A stretch of DNA of 60,947 nt, counting the filler, from Sphacelaria rigidula (taxonomy: Eukaryota): the NCBI GenBank assembly GCA_964200075.2. It is 3 parts of 3 records of this genome, joined end to end, with 100 filler letters (N's around TTAATTAATTAA, not from the genome) between each part and the next. Parts side by side here need not be neighbours in the genome. Positions count along the whole stretch, not along the records: positions 20,352 to 40,599 come from CAXNAA020000553.1; positions 40,700 to 60,947 come from CAXNAA020000554.1; 1 more part is not named here. One strand, 5' to 3'. The notes beneath the pieces are model-generated. The model was not told the origin of the DNA and did no database searches. It saw only the letters and a list, made by a program, of their open reading frames with translations. A program made the translations under genes and the position numbers. Shown here in pieces: positions 34,981 through 54,671 of the stretch (position 1 is its first letter; each line of letters opens with the position of its first letter).

Positions 34981-37900
34981 GCCTGCTCGTTTTGGGTGCC
35001 ACCAATGATTTGATGCGCTATTGCACCACATCTACTATGTGCTGACACCCCTCCCGAGGATGGCAATATCTTGATACACAGAGCATGTGCAGAGACACAT
35101 CAAGTTGCTCTGTGCAGCTAAAATGCATGCCTACCAGTCTCGCAGGTTCTGGCAGCACAAACCCTTGCCGTAGATGAAAATATAGGAGTCAAATGAAAGG
35201 AAATCCCCTGCAAATGTTGCTCTATCCCGAGAGTTGATTGGTGCATCTTGGTCTTGAGCAATGGCTATTAGCTACTCGTACCTGCCTGCAGAGTTTCGGC
35301 TTGCCGGTATCCGTGCAGTTTCAGTCATCTTCGATAGCGCGTGTCGGACGGGCATAGTGGAAAAAACGACTTAGCTTGGTACAAGTGTCAAGAACTGTCC
35401 GGGCAGCTCTGGGGTAGGTGTCCATCGATAGTTTGTGCGATTCACGAGGTGAAGTTGAGTCAGACTTCGTTGACGACCTATTTTCAGAGACACATTACGG
35501 CCGTGTATCACCACCTTTGTGAGTGTGTGCTCTGTCCACTTCTTTGACCCCGTCACGTCTTGTTTCTGGGGTGGTGATGAAGAACTTGACACTGAATCGG
35601 GCATACCACACCGGGGGAAACGTGCATAACCGGCATGCAACGCTGTGGAGTGTTGCGCTGGCCTTCATGTACGAACAGGAGGCCGGAGATTAGCTGGTGA
35701 ACTTCAAACAAGAATACGTTGACGTGATATCTGCCTCCGGTGTGAGTCAGAGCGACCGTGTGCACCAAAAGCATGGTGTGAGGTCGAAAGAGCTTGGATC
35801 CGCGAGCAAGAACCATGCACGGCCACACTACCGTCCTCATCACGCTGCTTTGAGTGACTGTTTCAGCTTATCTTCTGTGCTCAAATACCAGGTATAGGCT
35901 TGCTATCTTTACCTCCACATCACTTTTGTACGGGATGGTTTACCTTATTGCTATTCGAAGCCGAGCCACATTTTCACCAGTGTACCAAGTCCCAACATGA
36001 CATACCGGGGGCGCAAATGAAAAAGCTGTGGTAAAAAAGATGAAAACACGAGCCGCAGAATACACCACTTTGTGAGCCTAAGAGCAGAGAGTCTTGGCCT
36101 CAACACGGGATCCTGAAAGGTGTGAACAAAATCTTACTACAGGAACGACCTGAGGTCGAAATTGTATACCCCGTACAATATTGCAGCTAGTACAAACATA
36201 CCTACCTTCGAACCGTTCAAAGGCATTGCACGTTTGACCCGGTACCAGCTGCAACGTTGCATTCAATTTCGACCCCAGTTCGTTCCCATATATAAATCTC
36301 CTTCTTATTTTTCAGGATCCCCTGCTCTCTAAACAATAGTTAGTCGGCATGTCCTGCTCGTATGTACGAGCTAGTCCAACCTGGAAACAGGTTCAAGGTG
36401 TCGAAGCAATATCTCATCGACACAGATGACTTGGGCCGCGACCCGCATGTTGTAATAGCCGTCCGCTCAAGGGCAAGATGCTCATCTGCTCAAAAGTATG
36501 GTACATTTTTTTCTCGTTGGCTCAACGCCGTGTCTAGTAATTCCTATATCACACGGAGATAGCGTCCATACTCAAGTCTGTATGAAGCCCTGAGCGATAG
36601 AAACAACAGCGGATAATGGTTTTTGGTGTGGACATTGCCCGGGGAACGGGGAAACGATCGATACATTTCCCTCGACTTAACTCGTCATCTATCCCGAAGT
36701 ATGGCGCACGTGAGGTTCCGTACAAATATCAAAATATTCATATATATTACGAGCAGAGGCCCTACTAACTGCATTAAAACCTGTACTTCGCGTCTCAGAT
36801 TTTGAAAGTCTTATTTTGAATTTTCGTATGGAAAAACGCCAGGGCATGATGAATAAAAAGAAGAACCCAATTTTTTCATCTTGTTCTGCATTTTTTCCAT
36901 TTATTTAAGGGAGTTTCAGGGGACGGTGACCTTTGTTCTTGCACCTTACACTCAGTTTTCAACCCCGATTTTTATATTGGTGATGTGAAACTTAGCATGC
37001 ATGGAGAATCGCGAAGCATACTGGAAAAAATAAAGTGAGCCTTTATTTCCTCATCTCCGGGAGAGCGAAGGGGGTTCTCGTGAAAAATGGTCTTCACTAC
37101 GAGAGTGTGTATACTGAAACGTTTCAATTCAAGAGAGACAAAAATCGACGTGTCCCATTTTTTGGTCCATCAATCCCTAGCGAGGTCCCACACAAAATTT
37201 CAAAATACAAGAAAGCACCAAAGCTGAGCCGGTAAGTGTACCCCCAAACTACTGTTCCGAGTTGCGACCGGCCCGGTTTCTAAATCCGCCTCACCTCAGT
37301 TTTTAGACTTGAAGTTTCAACTTTGGTACGGAGAATGAATACGATCGTAGGGCATAATGAAGAAAATTGTTTCGGGACCCAGAGCGTTTTTTCAAGTTAA
37401 CAGCATTTTGCTGAAGACTGGATACTAATGATTGCCCTTAATCCTTGAACCGCGAGGATAGGTCACTTGCTGAATCGGCATCAATTTCACTTGAAAATGT
37501 ATGCGTGATCCAGATGGACTAACCGCACCGCGATCTAAGGGTTAACTCACGAAAAAAGAAATAAGTCGGGGTTCCGAAAGCTTTTTTTTTCGCCATACCC
37601 AAGGATCTGTTGAAAAACATATTTCGGGACACGTAGGCCCCAAGATCGAAAATTCGAGTTTTTGAGAGGGAGGGAACCCAGCCTACTGTCCCCTACTTTA
37701 TTGTCGAGGCGTTGGCGGATGCGGTCAGCTGCCGTGTACAGGTATCCTTGGCATGGAGACCGCTGAGATGACGGACACACTGCCCCTCCAAGCCCATCGC
37801 CTACCACGATGATATTTATGGGATGATTTTCCGTGTCGTGTGCCTCGACTACTGTACCTACCACTAGTCCGGGCACATTTGGCGAGGCGTGACATGATAT

Positions 37901-40389
37901 TGTTACTTTGGGTACAAGCTGTCGTTGCCCTGCGCTTGTGTATTGTACATGGATGTGTGTGAGCGTTGCCGGCATCCGAGGTCATCGGGACAGGGCGGGC
38001 AAGGAGCAGAGAAGCAAATATATTAACCTCGCAAAACCCGCCAGACTTTTCGGTTTTTGTTAGTGTTGACCAATTTATTTCAACAATATCAACAACAAAT
38101 AAAAAACATGATGACAGTTTTCGAAAAAATGCGCTCCGTGAGGGGGCGGGGGGGGAGGTGCTCCGTGTCCGAAAAGTTTCTCTTGGACAGACCCTTGACA
38201 TGTCCTGTTCAATCTCTGCATCAAATATGAGCGTCCAACTCTCGAAATTGAGGTGGGGTGGAGCCTTCAAACTACAAGTTCAGGATCTAGGCTGGACCTG
38301 CTCGTATACACACGACATATATTGCGCAGTAAAGCTTGAGCTGTGTGTAAACGCGACTCGGGGCCGAGTATGGAAAATGGAAAGCGCGTGCTCATCTTGC
38401 ACACAGCGTGTACCTCTCGTGTGAAGTGTGAAGTGGTGGGGAAATACAGTATCGAGCATCACTCTGTGCGCTGCGGTGTTCAGAGTTGTGCCGGAGCTGT
38501 TGGAGAATATATCTGTGGATATGGAGGTGAAGGCTGACATGACCGTGGTTTCATGATTCATCGAGTCTGCCAGCTCCACCGTATGTCTTTCTTCGGGGAT
38601 GATAAACAACGGAACACTAAATCAGGCAGAACACTGGGAGGTACTCATACAGTTGTTTCGTACAACGCAGTACATTACAGTGTTCAATTCTCCAGGTGTG
38701 CTCACTCTTTCACTTGTTCTCTCTTGGGTATCCAGTCGCCTCTCGCCTCTGGTCTATCGAAATTCTGCCCCGTCCATGAGGCTCGTGCTAGAAGCAATTC
38801 TCGCAACCTCATCCCTGGTGCATCGCTGCACGCTGGTTGCTACGGACCGCAGGAGAGGTAGGTCAGTGACATCGGTGCCAGCACGTGCGTCATCGTCATG
38901 TGTCGCCTGCTCCCGCAGCCGTTTCATGAATCCAACAAATGGAACGAAGATAATGAGGACAGAGCTCCTACTACTGTAGTGCCCACACTCGTAGTGTACG
39001 CACTGGCGAGGGCACATGTGTTGTGCCTACCCATTTACGCACTCACTTACTGTCGATCCTACTGGAAATGTATCTTCTTATCGTCGCCGAGGTGGTCATG
39101 TTGGAACGGTCGTGGTCCGTGTGGGATACCGCGGATGACTCCCTTGAACCCTGCTGGTTCGATTTGTTTGCCCCAACCTGGAGGCACCCGCTTTGTGTCG
39201 TCTTCCGCGATCACACAGCACCCGACTACAACTGAAGCACCACAGAAGACATGATGAACGGCTGCACAACCATCGCGCGATTTTTTCAACTCTGTATAGA
39301 CGTACATTACGAGTACTGTGTATAGCACCTCGGATCGGTCTCGTCGTGGACTTCGTGGGCGTACGTCCTGTACCGTCTGCACTCCTTGTCGCCGATGCCC
39401 TCTTCAGAATACTAACACGTGCCATTAAGGATGACCAACAACACAATCTTGTACCAGTCTCGGTGCTGCGGGCAGCACCTCAAACATCGTGCTTTTCGCC
39501 TCGCCTGGCACAAGCTGCTCCGAGGAGAGAGAGGACGACGAGAAAGGGACCCGGAGGGCACAGAACAACGCCCCGCTTCACCTCCTCCGTGAAGAATATT
39601 CGCGGAACGATCCTGTGGCTTTTCGAACCCGATGACAGCGTGGCCGTTGCGGGCTTTCCCGAACCGTTGTAGTTCAAACAAACGGGGTGTACACTCGTAT
39701 GAATAGAACCAACCGGTGTGCCTCTGTCTGCTGACCATCACAGCTATTACAATAAGCGTGTCAAGCTTGTCATGAGAGCATACTTGGAAACTTCCAGGGT
39801 ACGGTAGACGGACCCGATGGCACAGGCGAAATTTCCCCGCTCTGGATCGCGGATTTGAAGGCTGCGAGAGCGAGAAGCGCAACAGGCAACGAAGGTGACT
39901 CCCAGCTGCTGCTACTCTTGTTTCTTCTTTCCGGACCGCTGCTGCTGCGCCTATAGCATCGCGCCCAACGCCCATTCCCTGTTTTGTTTTCAGCAGCGAC
40001 GACCGAGAACCTTCATCACTTGACAAAGCAACTTGCCTGGCGCCCACTTGCTCTGTCAAAGCAACCGCCGATTGAATAGTACGAGCTGGGCCAGCTGACC
40101 GTGACTTTTGAACGAAAAGTGGAGATACCATTATTGATCATTCAAAAGAGTTCAGCGCTGAAATTTGACACGACACTTTATCAACCCGCGCAACCCTATA
40201 TTATTAAAAGTGGTGCAGAGGAAAAAACAAACAAACAGGAAGTTAAAGCGAGTTGAAGCTCCAGCAAAAACAGGGAAAAACGACGACAACGCTCCAACAC
40301 ATACGGGCACTCGCGTCGACGACATCCTGGTGAAGCTTCGGCCAAAAATGCCTCAAATCGGGCTTTGCGTCGTACTTTTCGTGTGACAC

Positions 40390-40475
40390 GGCCGCGCCCG
40401 CTTAGTCAAGTGATACAGGAGACGCCAACTATGGAGGTCATGAGTTCGAATCCCGACAGATTCTTCTTTTTTTTC
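40390..40475 (+). mobile_element. tRNA-derived SINE-like remnant
   Basis: A-box-like TAGTCAAGTGA (40403-40413), GAGGTCATGAGTTCGAATCCC T-arm/B-box, followed by a T-run; no convincing cloverleaf. Confidence 0.55.
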
Positions 40476-40599
40476 CGTCCGTCGTTAAGGTCATGTATCA
40501 TGCAGTACATTTTTTTTCATTTTTTTCTTCATTCAGCGGCGGTGCCGTGTGTTACCAGGTTGGTCTGCACTTCACAGCGATATGCTCAAGTCGCGCTGA

Positions 40600-40699
40600 N
40601 NNNNNNNNNNNNNNNNNNNNNNNNNNNNNNNNNNNNNNNNNNNTTAATTAATTAANNNNNNNNNNNNNNNNNNNNNNNNNNNNNNNNNNNNNNNNNNNN
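40600..40699. other. Scaffold gap with TTAATTAATTAA spacer
   Basis: N block; likely hides the final GalE exon(s). Confidence 0.95.
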
Positions 40700-40927
40700 C
40701 CTGCTAAAATTGTTCGGCCCGAAGCCTACTGCTTATCTCGCATTTGGATGACAGCCTCCAACGAGTTACCTCATTTCCTGGTATCGCCTCTTGCACAGAC
40801 AGCCACGGGCTACACATGGCCTGACGGATGCCTCGCCATTTATCCCAAGGAGGGGGTTGAATCGTGACGGGACCACGCAGTAAGACACTCAAGAACACGC
40901 GCGCTGGAAAAAGTGATAATAACACAC

Positions 40928-47104
<6,177 letters not shown>

Positions 47105-50100
47105 GATGATGCAAGCGCCGTTCTGTTGCCGTTGGTGTGTATTCAAATGAGTAAATGGGGAGAAACAGCCGAGAGGAAACGAGAGACCGAGCAAGGGAGA
47201 ACCTGGTTGCTCGTCGAGTGGGCGTTGTGGGGGAGAGGAGGGTCGTGACGAAACAGGAAAGTTGCTTTCGAGCGAAATACTGCTTGCAGTACCTGCGGTA
47301 TACTTCGGTGGAAAATATGAGATCCGCAGTCCGAAAAATTACATATATATCTGAGAAAAGTCGTTACTTCACAAAACATGCTCCGCGGCCTGCGTGTACC
47401 GGCCGACTGACTCGTTGTAAAACAAACTACATGGGTGAACCCGTCACCACTGACTCTTGTTATGCTGAGTATGGATGGCCACGGTGTTTTGTTATATACA
47501 AGTATTGAACGGATAGACTGCCGTTTTTACCGTTCTCTGTGGCACTGTTCGTCTAATACCCTGTAACGATGACGTGTATTTCGTGAGAGTGAAGTGCTGC
47601 TTGTTGTCGCGCCGAGTGATGATGGCCTTTCCACTCTCAGTCTTTCGAGAACCAAGATGCTCATCATATCCCCAAATGTTGTGCCATGACGTGAAATATA
47701 TCTCGCCCTGGAATGTTGGTACCATTGCTTGATGTACGTTCTTCAGAATATGTTGACAAGGATCTCATCGAGATCTTCCGACCAAAAATGTGAAAATACG
47801 GAGATGAATGTAAGACCGCCTTTTTCATGATATTATATATAAACAATACCGTAGAGAACGAACATCGAGGCGATGGACAAACTTATCCACTCGCGGGTGG
47901 TATTCTCTGCCGCATCTCCTATGATACAACCATCATGATACTATGTTTGCTCGACTGTCTAGCATGATGTTCTTCGACGGTTTCGGAGTTTCTCGATTAG
48001 TGCGGGCGAGAGCTGGTGGGCGACCTGCAGTACTGTGCTATATACTCCGGGTTCCTCCGTACAAAAGGGACAGCTACCGGTGAGAATACGCGACGAAGTT
48101 TTACTATTATATAATACTTCTTCTGTAGTGCCGGACCATAACAATCAAGGTGTATACTTGAATGAAGAGGCACGAAGTGTTTGACGATTGATCGCAAGAA
48201 ATATGCGTGGAGGGCTCGTATCGGAAAGGGAGGGCATAACACCAGGTACAGGACGCAGGACAGCATAGCAGGTAGAGGAAGAGAGGACTGCAAACAATCG
48301 AACACACCTGCGAGTCATTGTATTGTCTCTGCTACTACTGGCTGTGTTCAGTAGTGCACTTCGTGTGTCGTCCTGTCTGTACAAAGTCAACGCTCAATTC
48401 ACCCACCACTTGCGGAAACACATTTATCGTCTTGGTTTTGCCCCGCGTAAGTTACCGCGCATAAGATAACATGATAACAGCGCAGCGTACCGCGCAATGC
48501 GGTGCTGGGCAGTACATCGTTCGCAGCGCGGAAATGAGGCACAAGTACATCCGTGCAGCCAGCTAACAATCTGTCTCGTCCCGTTCTTGTACTTTTGTTT
48601 TGCGTGCATGTCGAGGAAGCAAATGTGCCACCGACAGGCCGGTGCATGTACGAGTTTCGCATAGTATTAGTGAGTCAAATTACGGTTCTATTTCCGGCCA
48701 CAACTTTGACGGGTCGTCGTGGTTGTTATTCTCGCAGGGTCATTGCACTTTTTTTGAACGGATTTCGCGCATAATATACTAGGGAAGGAGAACATAAAAC
48801 AGCGAGACAAGAGACAGGAGGGGGGGAGACGCGAAAAGAGAGGCCGAAACAAATCCATTACTTCGAAGTTGTCAGTTGTTCAATGGTGAACGCCCAGCTC
48901 TCGGGAGTGTTTCGGCGATATACCTGAAAATCCAAGTACACACAGCTATATACGGAAAGGAGCAAACCAGATCTAGGGACACAGACGAGGGGCAGCCGGC
49001 AAGGCTCGCGCAGTACAGTCAGTGCTGTACAGTAGCTCCACCAAAAGACCACAGCAGACGCGAACTGGTGATGTGCTGTGCAGCAACGAGCTTCCGCCTG
49101 TGTGCAAATATATGGCGATGCCTGGGTTTAGCTGACTGTGCCTTCGCGTAGTTTCTTCTGTCAAGTCTCCCACTCACACACCGGAATATGAGATTTCGTG
49201 TCCTGAGCGCGTTGTTCTCGTCAACAGTAAAGATACCAGCACAGCTGAATGACAGGCAGATAGTGGCTTAGCTCTTTGTATTGCTGGCTGTCAAGCCGTT
49301 AACACTGATTTCCAAGGAAGGGGACGATGGCGCCAGGCAATACAGATTGTCTGGAGACGAGCGGGGCAACACACATGTTTATACGGCACGTAGCTATTCG
49401 AAGATATGTGGGAGCGGGGAGCGTTTGTGACCATATGTGAGTGTGGTACGCAAAGCAGCATGCCCGTGCCAGATGAGATGCACAAGCACAACAGTACAGT
49501 AGTAGTGTGATTATTCTCACACTGCGCACCTTTGATGATTCGAAGCTCTCGACGTCCTTCAGGCGGCCCAAGCACTTCTTGTGTTCTTGCTACACGCGCT
49601 ACTCTCACTGTGCGAAGAGGTTTTCTGTTGCTCAGCACAGCGGTGTAATGAATGGCTCGCTGCGGGTTGGATCGTCCAGTGTGTGTTGGAGTGGAGAACT
49701 GAATCTATTTCATTCGACAAGTGTTCGAATTTCCAACCAGCAAAACGAAACCGCTTCCTACAAACATTCACATCAGGCTGGATATACGTTGTTCAACACC
49801 CTATGTAAATAGTAAATACCCCACGAAGGCCGATAAGTGCTCTTAGTAAGGTACCACAGAGATAGAATGTAGTGCTTCAATCGGATAATCTTGACAAATA
49901 TATTTTCCTTCCCTCATGATAGATGATTTCCTGAACGTCATGGGTGGTACGGTGTCCATGTAACCGGGGTGACGCACCAACGCGGAGGGGGGTGTTGAAC
50001 AAAAATATGATTTTCCGGTGTCTTCATCTTTTGTTCCAAGAAGTGATTCCGCCGCATTTTTCGGGGGCTCCCACCTGTCCTTCGCCACGAACGATAACTT

Positions 50101-50280
50101 ATGCACCCCTTAATCCAAATACTACACCACACGACATCACTCCCTGTTAACCACCTCTCCACCCATCCAACACGTTCACCATTCTAGCAGCAGCCGGAAG
50201 TCGTAGGGACATCTAAGGAGTAGCCAACGAAAACCCCTCACGAGCTACTCTGTGCATCACCCCCCTTCCCCAATATCACC

Positions 50281-51423
50281 ATGTCTGCGCTAGAAAGCGG
50301 TACCGTGCCGACAGCCCTACGCGCGCTATATTCTAAGCATGGCCAGAATCAAGTATTTAGATACGTCGACAGTGGCATCGTGACAGGCGATGCCGTAGAT
50401 GCGCTGGTCGCCCAGCTCTCCGATGTCGATCCCGAGCGCATCAACGATCTCTTCCGTTCTACCGTCGGCGACAGCGGTGATGCAAAGCCGTCGTCGGCCG
50501 ACATGACGATGAAGCCCATCGAATCCTTTGTCAGCCTAGATTCGACCGCGGCGGACACCAAAGAGAAGTGGTACTCCACGGGGCTCAAGGCCGTGGCTGA
50601 GGGCAAAGTGGCTGTCGTAGTGCTCAGCGGGGGACAAGGCACGCGGCTCGGCTTCTCTGGGCCAAAGGGCATGTACAACATCGGTTTGCCTTCGCAAAAG
50701 ACGCTGTTCCAGCTTCAGGCGGAGCGACTGCGAAGGGTCTGCGCGCTGGCCGAGCAACGCTTCCCTAATGGCAGTGACGGAGCGTACGGCGCTGGTGACA
50801 AAGGCCGCATCAGCATCCCTTGGTATATTATGACAAGTCCGTTGAACGATGCCATGACACGCGAGTTTTTCTCGAAGAACAGGTACTTCGGCGTGGCCGA
50901 AACGGACGTGTTTTTCTTCCCGCAGGGTACCTTGCCGTGCATGTCGAACCCCGATGGCAAGATCATGCTCGAGAGCGCGGGGCGCGTGGCGATGGCGCCT
51001 GACGGAAACGGGGGGATCTACCCGGCGCTGCAGCGGACGGGCGCGCTCGCCGACATGCGGACGCGAGGGGTCGAACACCTGCACGTCTTCTCCATCGATA
51101 ATGCCCTCGTGAAAGTGGCCGACCCGTACTTCTTGGGGTATTGCATTCAGAGTGGCGCGGACTGCGGCAATAAGTCCGTGTGGAAGGCGGAACCCGACGA
51201 AAAGGTCGGGGTGGTCGTCAACCGTGGCGGCAAGCCCTGCGTCGTGGAGTACTCCGAAATGGATGCCGAGGCATGCGAACGGCGCGACGACTCGGGGAAA
51301 CTTGTGTTCGGCGCGGGGAACATCTGCAACCACTATTTCTCCCGGGCGTTCCTGGAAGACGTCGTGCTGCCTGGGATGGGCGACATGTATCATGTGGCGC
51401 ACAAAAAGATCCCCGCCGCCGAG
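50281..51423 (+). CDS. UAP1: UAP exon 1 (381 codons)
   Basis: Long GC3-rich ORF ending at a GTAAGT donor. Confidence 0.95.
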
Positions 51424-53956
51424 GTAAGTACTGCTTTTGTACAGTACAGGCAATTCGGCGCAACAGTGCTGTGGTACCATTTGTGTCCCTTGCCTAATGA
51501 CAGCTGACAGGGTTCGTTTTTCATCAGTTGCGACGTGGAGATGAAGCGCAATGGTACGACAACGCCGTGCAGTACAGAATCTTGCTCGTCCCCTTATGAT
51601 CTCGTGTTTTTCTCGCCTTTTTACTAATGTACTTGCTGTCTTCAGCAAAAAGACAATTTGAGATTGATGAATCATCGCCTGGGGTGAGACCAACTCTTGC
51701 GGGTTCGGGAGAAAAAAAAACTTGTTGAAAACTGCCTTTTGGGCCCTTCTACGTCGTCATACGCCCGAGAAGAGGGCTAGGCGGATGTTGATACCTTGGG
51801 ATGACTTGCTCAACTCGTTGCCCTGTCCGAACGATCTCAACGAGCAGAGCAAGTCATTCCAAGGTGTTAACATTCGCCTAGCCCTCTTTCCGTAAAAGCG
51901 ATGGAGAAGGGCCCCAAAGGCAGTTTGCAACATGATTTTTTTTCAAAACCCATGATAATTTGCCCATCTTTTTTTCAAATCAAATAAGGGAACACAGAAC
52001 GCCCCGCACTACTGAGGCAACAAAGGGGAGTGCTGCATAGGCCAATGCCAACGACGAGAGCTTGTCAACGTCACGATCATTCCCATTGGCGGGCAATGCC
52101 GCGATGATCCCCCTCAAAATCAGCCCCAAAATTGCCACGAAGAAAATGGACATACAAAGAACGCATGATTGCTGGTTTCAGACTGTATATGGGGCGTCTC
52201 ATGTGGGTGACATTGGCGAAAATGATCCCAAGCGTGGGAGGTCCCAGCTGCTCGGCGCGCTCAGCTTTTGTGATTTCCATTCAACGGTAGATTTTGCCTT
52301 CTCAAACTAGCCACTTTGGGGAGAGCAGCTATGGCGGCATCACTCTGGCAGTATTTTTTAATGCTGAAACTAATATCGTAACGAGTCGTCTGAGTGTGGA
52401 TACAAGAAGTGACCACAGCCATGGGAGAGTTTCAACCCTTGGAGCGCCCGTAGATGGATGACTGCACCGTTGTGGCTGTATGCCCCGCAGTTCTGCATCG
52501 AAAGCTGAACATGATGCCGATTCATCTGAAATTGAAATCGCTTCAACTTTCTGTTTTTTCGTTTCCTTTGCTGCTTCGAATATGTCCCGCGTATTGATAA
52601 TCTCGTGTCAAAATTTCAGCGCCTAGCTCCTGATATTAAGCGGTGGGTCACCTGACAACCGCCAACGGGAAGTGTTGCCCGGCCCAGCTCGTAGACGTTA
52701 CAGGGCTTTGCCAACCGTGTGAACTGCTATGGCTCGTGTTCCGAGGTTCTACCGCTGACAGTCCCGCAAGTTCTCGGAGGACAGCTTTCGTGCTGCTGGT
52801 CGTGACCATGCACGAATATTCCTCACTTGCGACATATGTATGGCAACGAGATTTTCTGATGTAGGTGTCAATTGCCGAACTGGATGATGACTGTAGGACA
52901 CAGATTGCCTGACCCACCGTGGCGGTGAAACGGTTGAACTTCATACACGAGCTAGGTAGGGGCTGAAAAACCACGAGACACACGTGACATGTTGTCACAG
53001 GGAAAGGGGGTGGCTCTTGCTGACGGAGAGAAGCTGCTCACCAACTATCGTTGAACGAGGGTCCGCCGTCAATATTGTTCCGAAATGATTATGCCTCGCG
53101 CCCGACCATTGGAATCAAAGTGAAGAGGAAGACAGTTTCACCCAGTAGAGTTCACCACTTGGAATGGTGAAGTTGACCCCACTTCGTTCTAGTCTGGACA
53201 CCGAAATCTTTGATAAGGACTGTGCTTCTAGCGTGCGCAGAACGTGTTTTGTCTAAATCGGCGCCTGCAGCGTCGATTTGAGGTCTGGCAACGCACATCT
53301 TTCACCCTCCCTGCCTGAGGGTTCTCGGTATGACTCGGTTGGGGTCAAGGTTAGGGCATGGATCAATTCGAAATCATAAATTTCCGAGAAAGGTCTTCAC
53401 CCTACTAAATGATGGAACTAACCTCGTTTCACCCTTACGTGCTTTTTTTATCGCCCTGCCCCCCTCCCATTCACCGTAGCTACCACCCTACTGTAACTAC
53501 CACCGTACCCCACGCCCGCCCCCTGGACCCCCCAACCAAAAACAGGGGCCGTCGGGGGACACTGTGAAACCGACAGCCAACAACGGCATCAAGCTCGAGT
53601 CGTTCATCTTCGACGTCTTCCCCTTGTCCCGAAACATGGTGCTCTTCGAAAGCCCCCGAGAGGACGAGTTCGCCCCCGTGAAGAACGCTCCGGGGACCCC
53701 GACCGATTCGCCCGACACCGCTCGCGAGATGATCTCGCGGCAGGCTCGGCGGTGGGCCGTCGCGGCCGGAGCTGAGCTGCAGACCGGGAGCGGCGGCGCG
53801 GGTGAGGCCGGTGGAGCCGGTAACTGCTGTGAAATTTCTCCGTTGGTTTCGTACGGCGGGGAGGGATTGAAGGACAAGGTGGGGTTCAAGAAGCTGTCCG
53901 TGCCGTTTTATCTCAAAGACGGGGGGGAGGAGGTCGAGGAGGAGGGAGGACGCTAA
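50281..53956 (+). CDS. UAP1: UDP-N-acetylglucosamine pyrophosphorylase, 517 aa: exons 50281-51423 and 53546-53956
   Basis: LSGGQGTRLG..PKG, WYIMTS, FFPQG, APDGNGG, VEYSE, GNICNH, HVAHKKIP | GIKLESFIFDVF, REDEFAPVKN, EISPLVSYGGEGL; GAG|GTAAGT donor and CAG|GGG acceptor in phase 0. Confidence 0.96.
51711..51944. repeat. Long intronic hairpin (foldback MITE or small-RNA precursor)
   Basis: ~110-bp arms with a ~17-nt loop at 51821-51837. Confidence 0.85.
52095..52340. mobile_element. Diverged copy of the MITE at 3764-3990
   Basis: Shared AAAATGG.CATA, GCG.CTCAT, GACATTGGC, CCCAAGCG.GGGA, AGATTTTGCCT blocks. Confidence 0.6.
53546..53956 (+). CDS. UAP1: UAP exon 2
   Basis: AACAG acceptor; GPSGDTVKPTANNGIKLESFIFDVF...TAA. 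Confidence 0.94.
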   Translation, partial: GPSGDTVKPTANNGIKLESFIFDVFPLSRNMVLFESPREDEFAPVKNAPGTPTDSPDTAREMISRQARRWAVAAGAELQTGSGGAGEAGGAGNCCEISPLVSYGGEGLKDKVGFKKLSVPFYLKDGGEEVEEEGGR

Positions 53957-54671
53957 TAAGGAATCCCAGGGATGTGAGATACATGTGAGTGAGGGTCGGT
54001 CTTTAACAGTACCCGATCCAGCAACAGGATGTTAACGTATTCACGCCCGACAATAATTGCCACAGGCCCATACTTTACGCAGTACATTTGTTTCTTGTAT
54101 ATCGCAACTGTTGACCATTTACTGTCCAGGATGTGAAACTTATTACTTGGGTGATTTACGCCGATGTAAGTGACATCACAGTGGAGCAATTTCAGCGTGT
54201 AAATTCGGCGAAATTATTCTGTTTGCTATGTAAAATTTGTTTTGTTTCGTTTTGGGGGAGGGGGGGCGTCAAGACATGAGAGAGGCCGCGCGTGAGCGGG
54301 AAATCTGTTTTGCTCTATGCCGCAGCCTCCGTCTCCTTCATAAGTGTTTGCATCTCTGTGTGCGTGTTTTTTTGCGTTTTTATTCCCTTGAGGGCGCCAT
54401 GCTGTGCCGTCTCCCAGATGGATGCTAGATTATTGATTGGTTGGTTGGTTGTCGTACGGTATATAATTTGGCCAGGGAACAATCGTATCTATTCAAATAC
54501 GGTATTTATTATACAAGGCGATGCATCGTGCTTTACCGCATGCATGGACTCGAATGAACTACTTTGACGTTACACGGTTCACGTACGCGTTTGACTTGTA
54601 CGGTCTGTATCCCAACTTTGTTGAGTGTAGGCGTATACAGTCTGTAAGTACATTGTACGCCGAAGTATATA

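Noticed and set aside
35200-35900. Possible decayed transposase or gene fragment
   Set aside because: Coding-like composition, but no motif I can identify; needs a translated search.
39412-40131. 239-aa minus-strand ORF downstream of GalE
   Set aside because: No GalE C-terminal or other recognisable motifs, and no evident coding bias.
51424-51507. C-terminal tail of the 408-aa ORF (VSTAFVQY...)
   Set aside because: Read-through into the intron; the conserved UAP sequence resumes at 53546.
50536-51693. 385-aa minus-strand ORF
   Set aside because: Antisense shadow of the GC3-rich UAP exon; no recognisable motifs.
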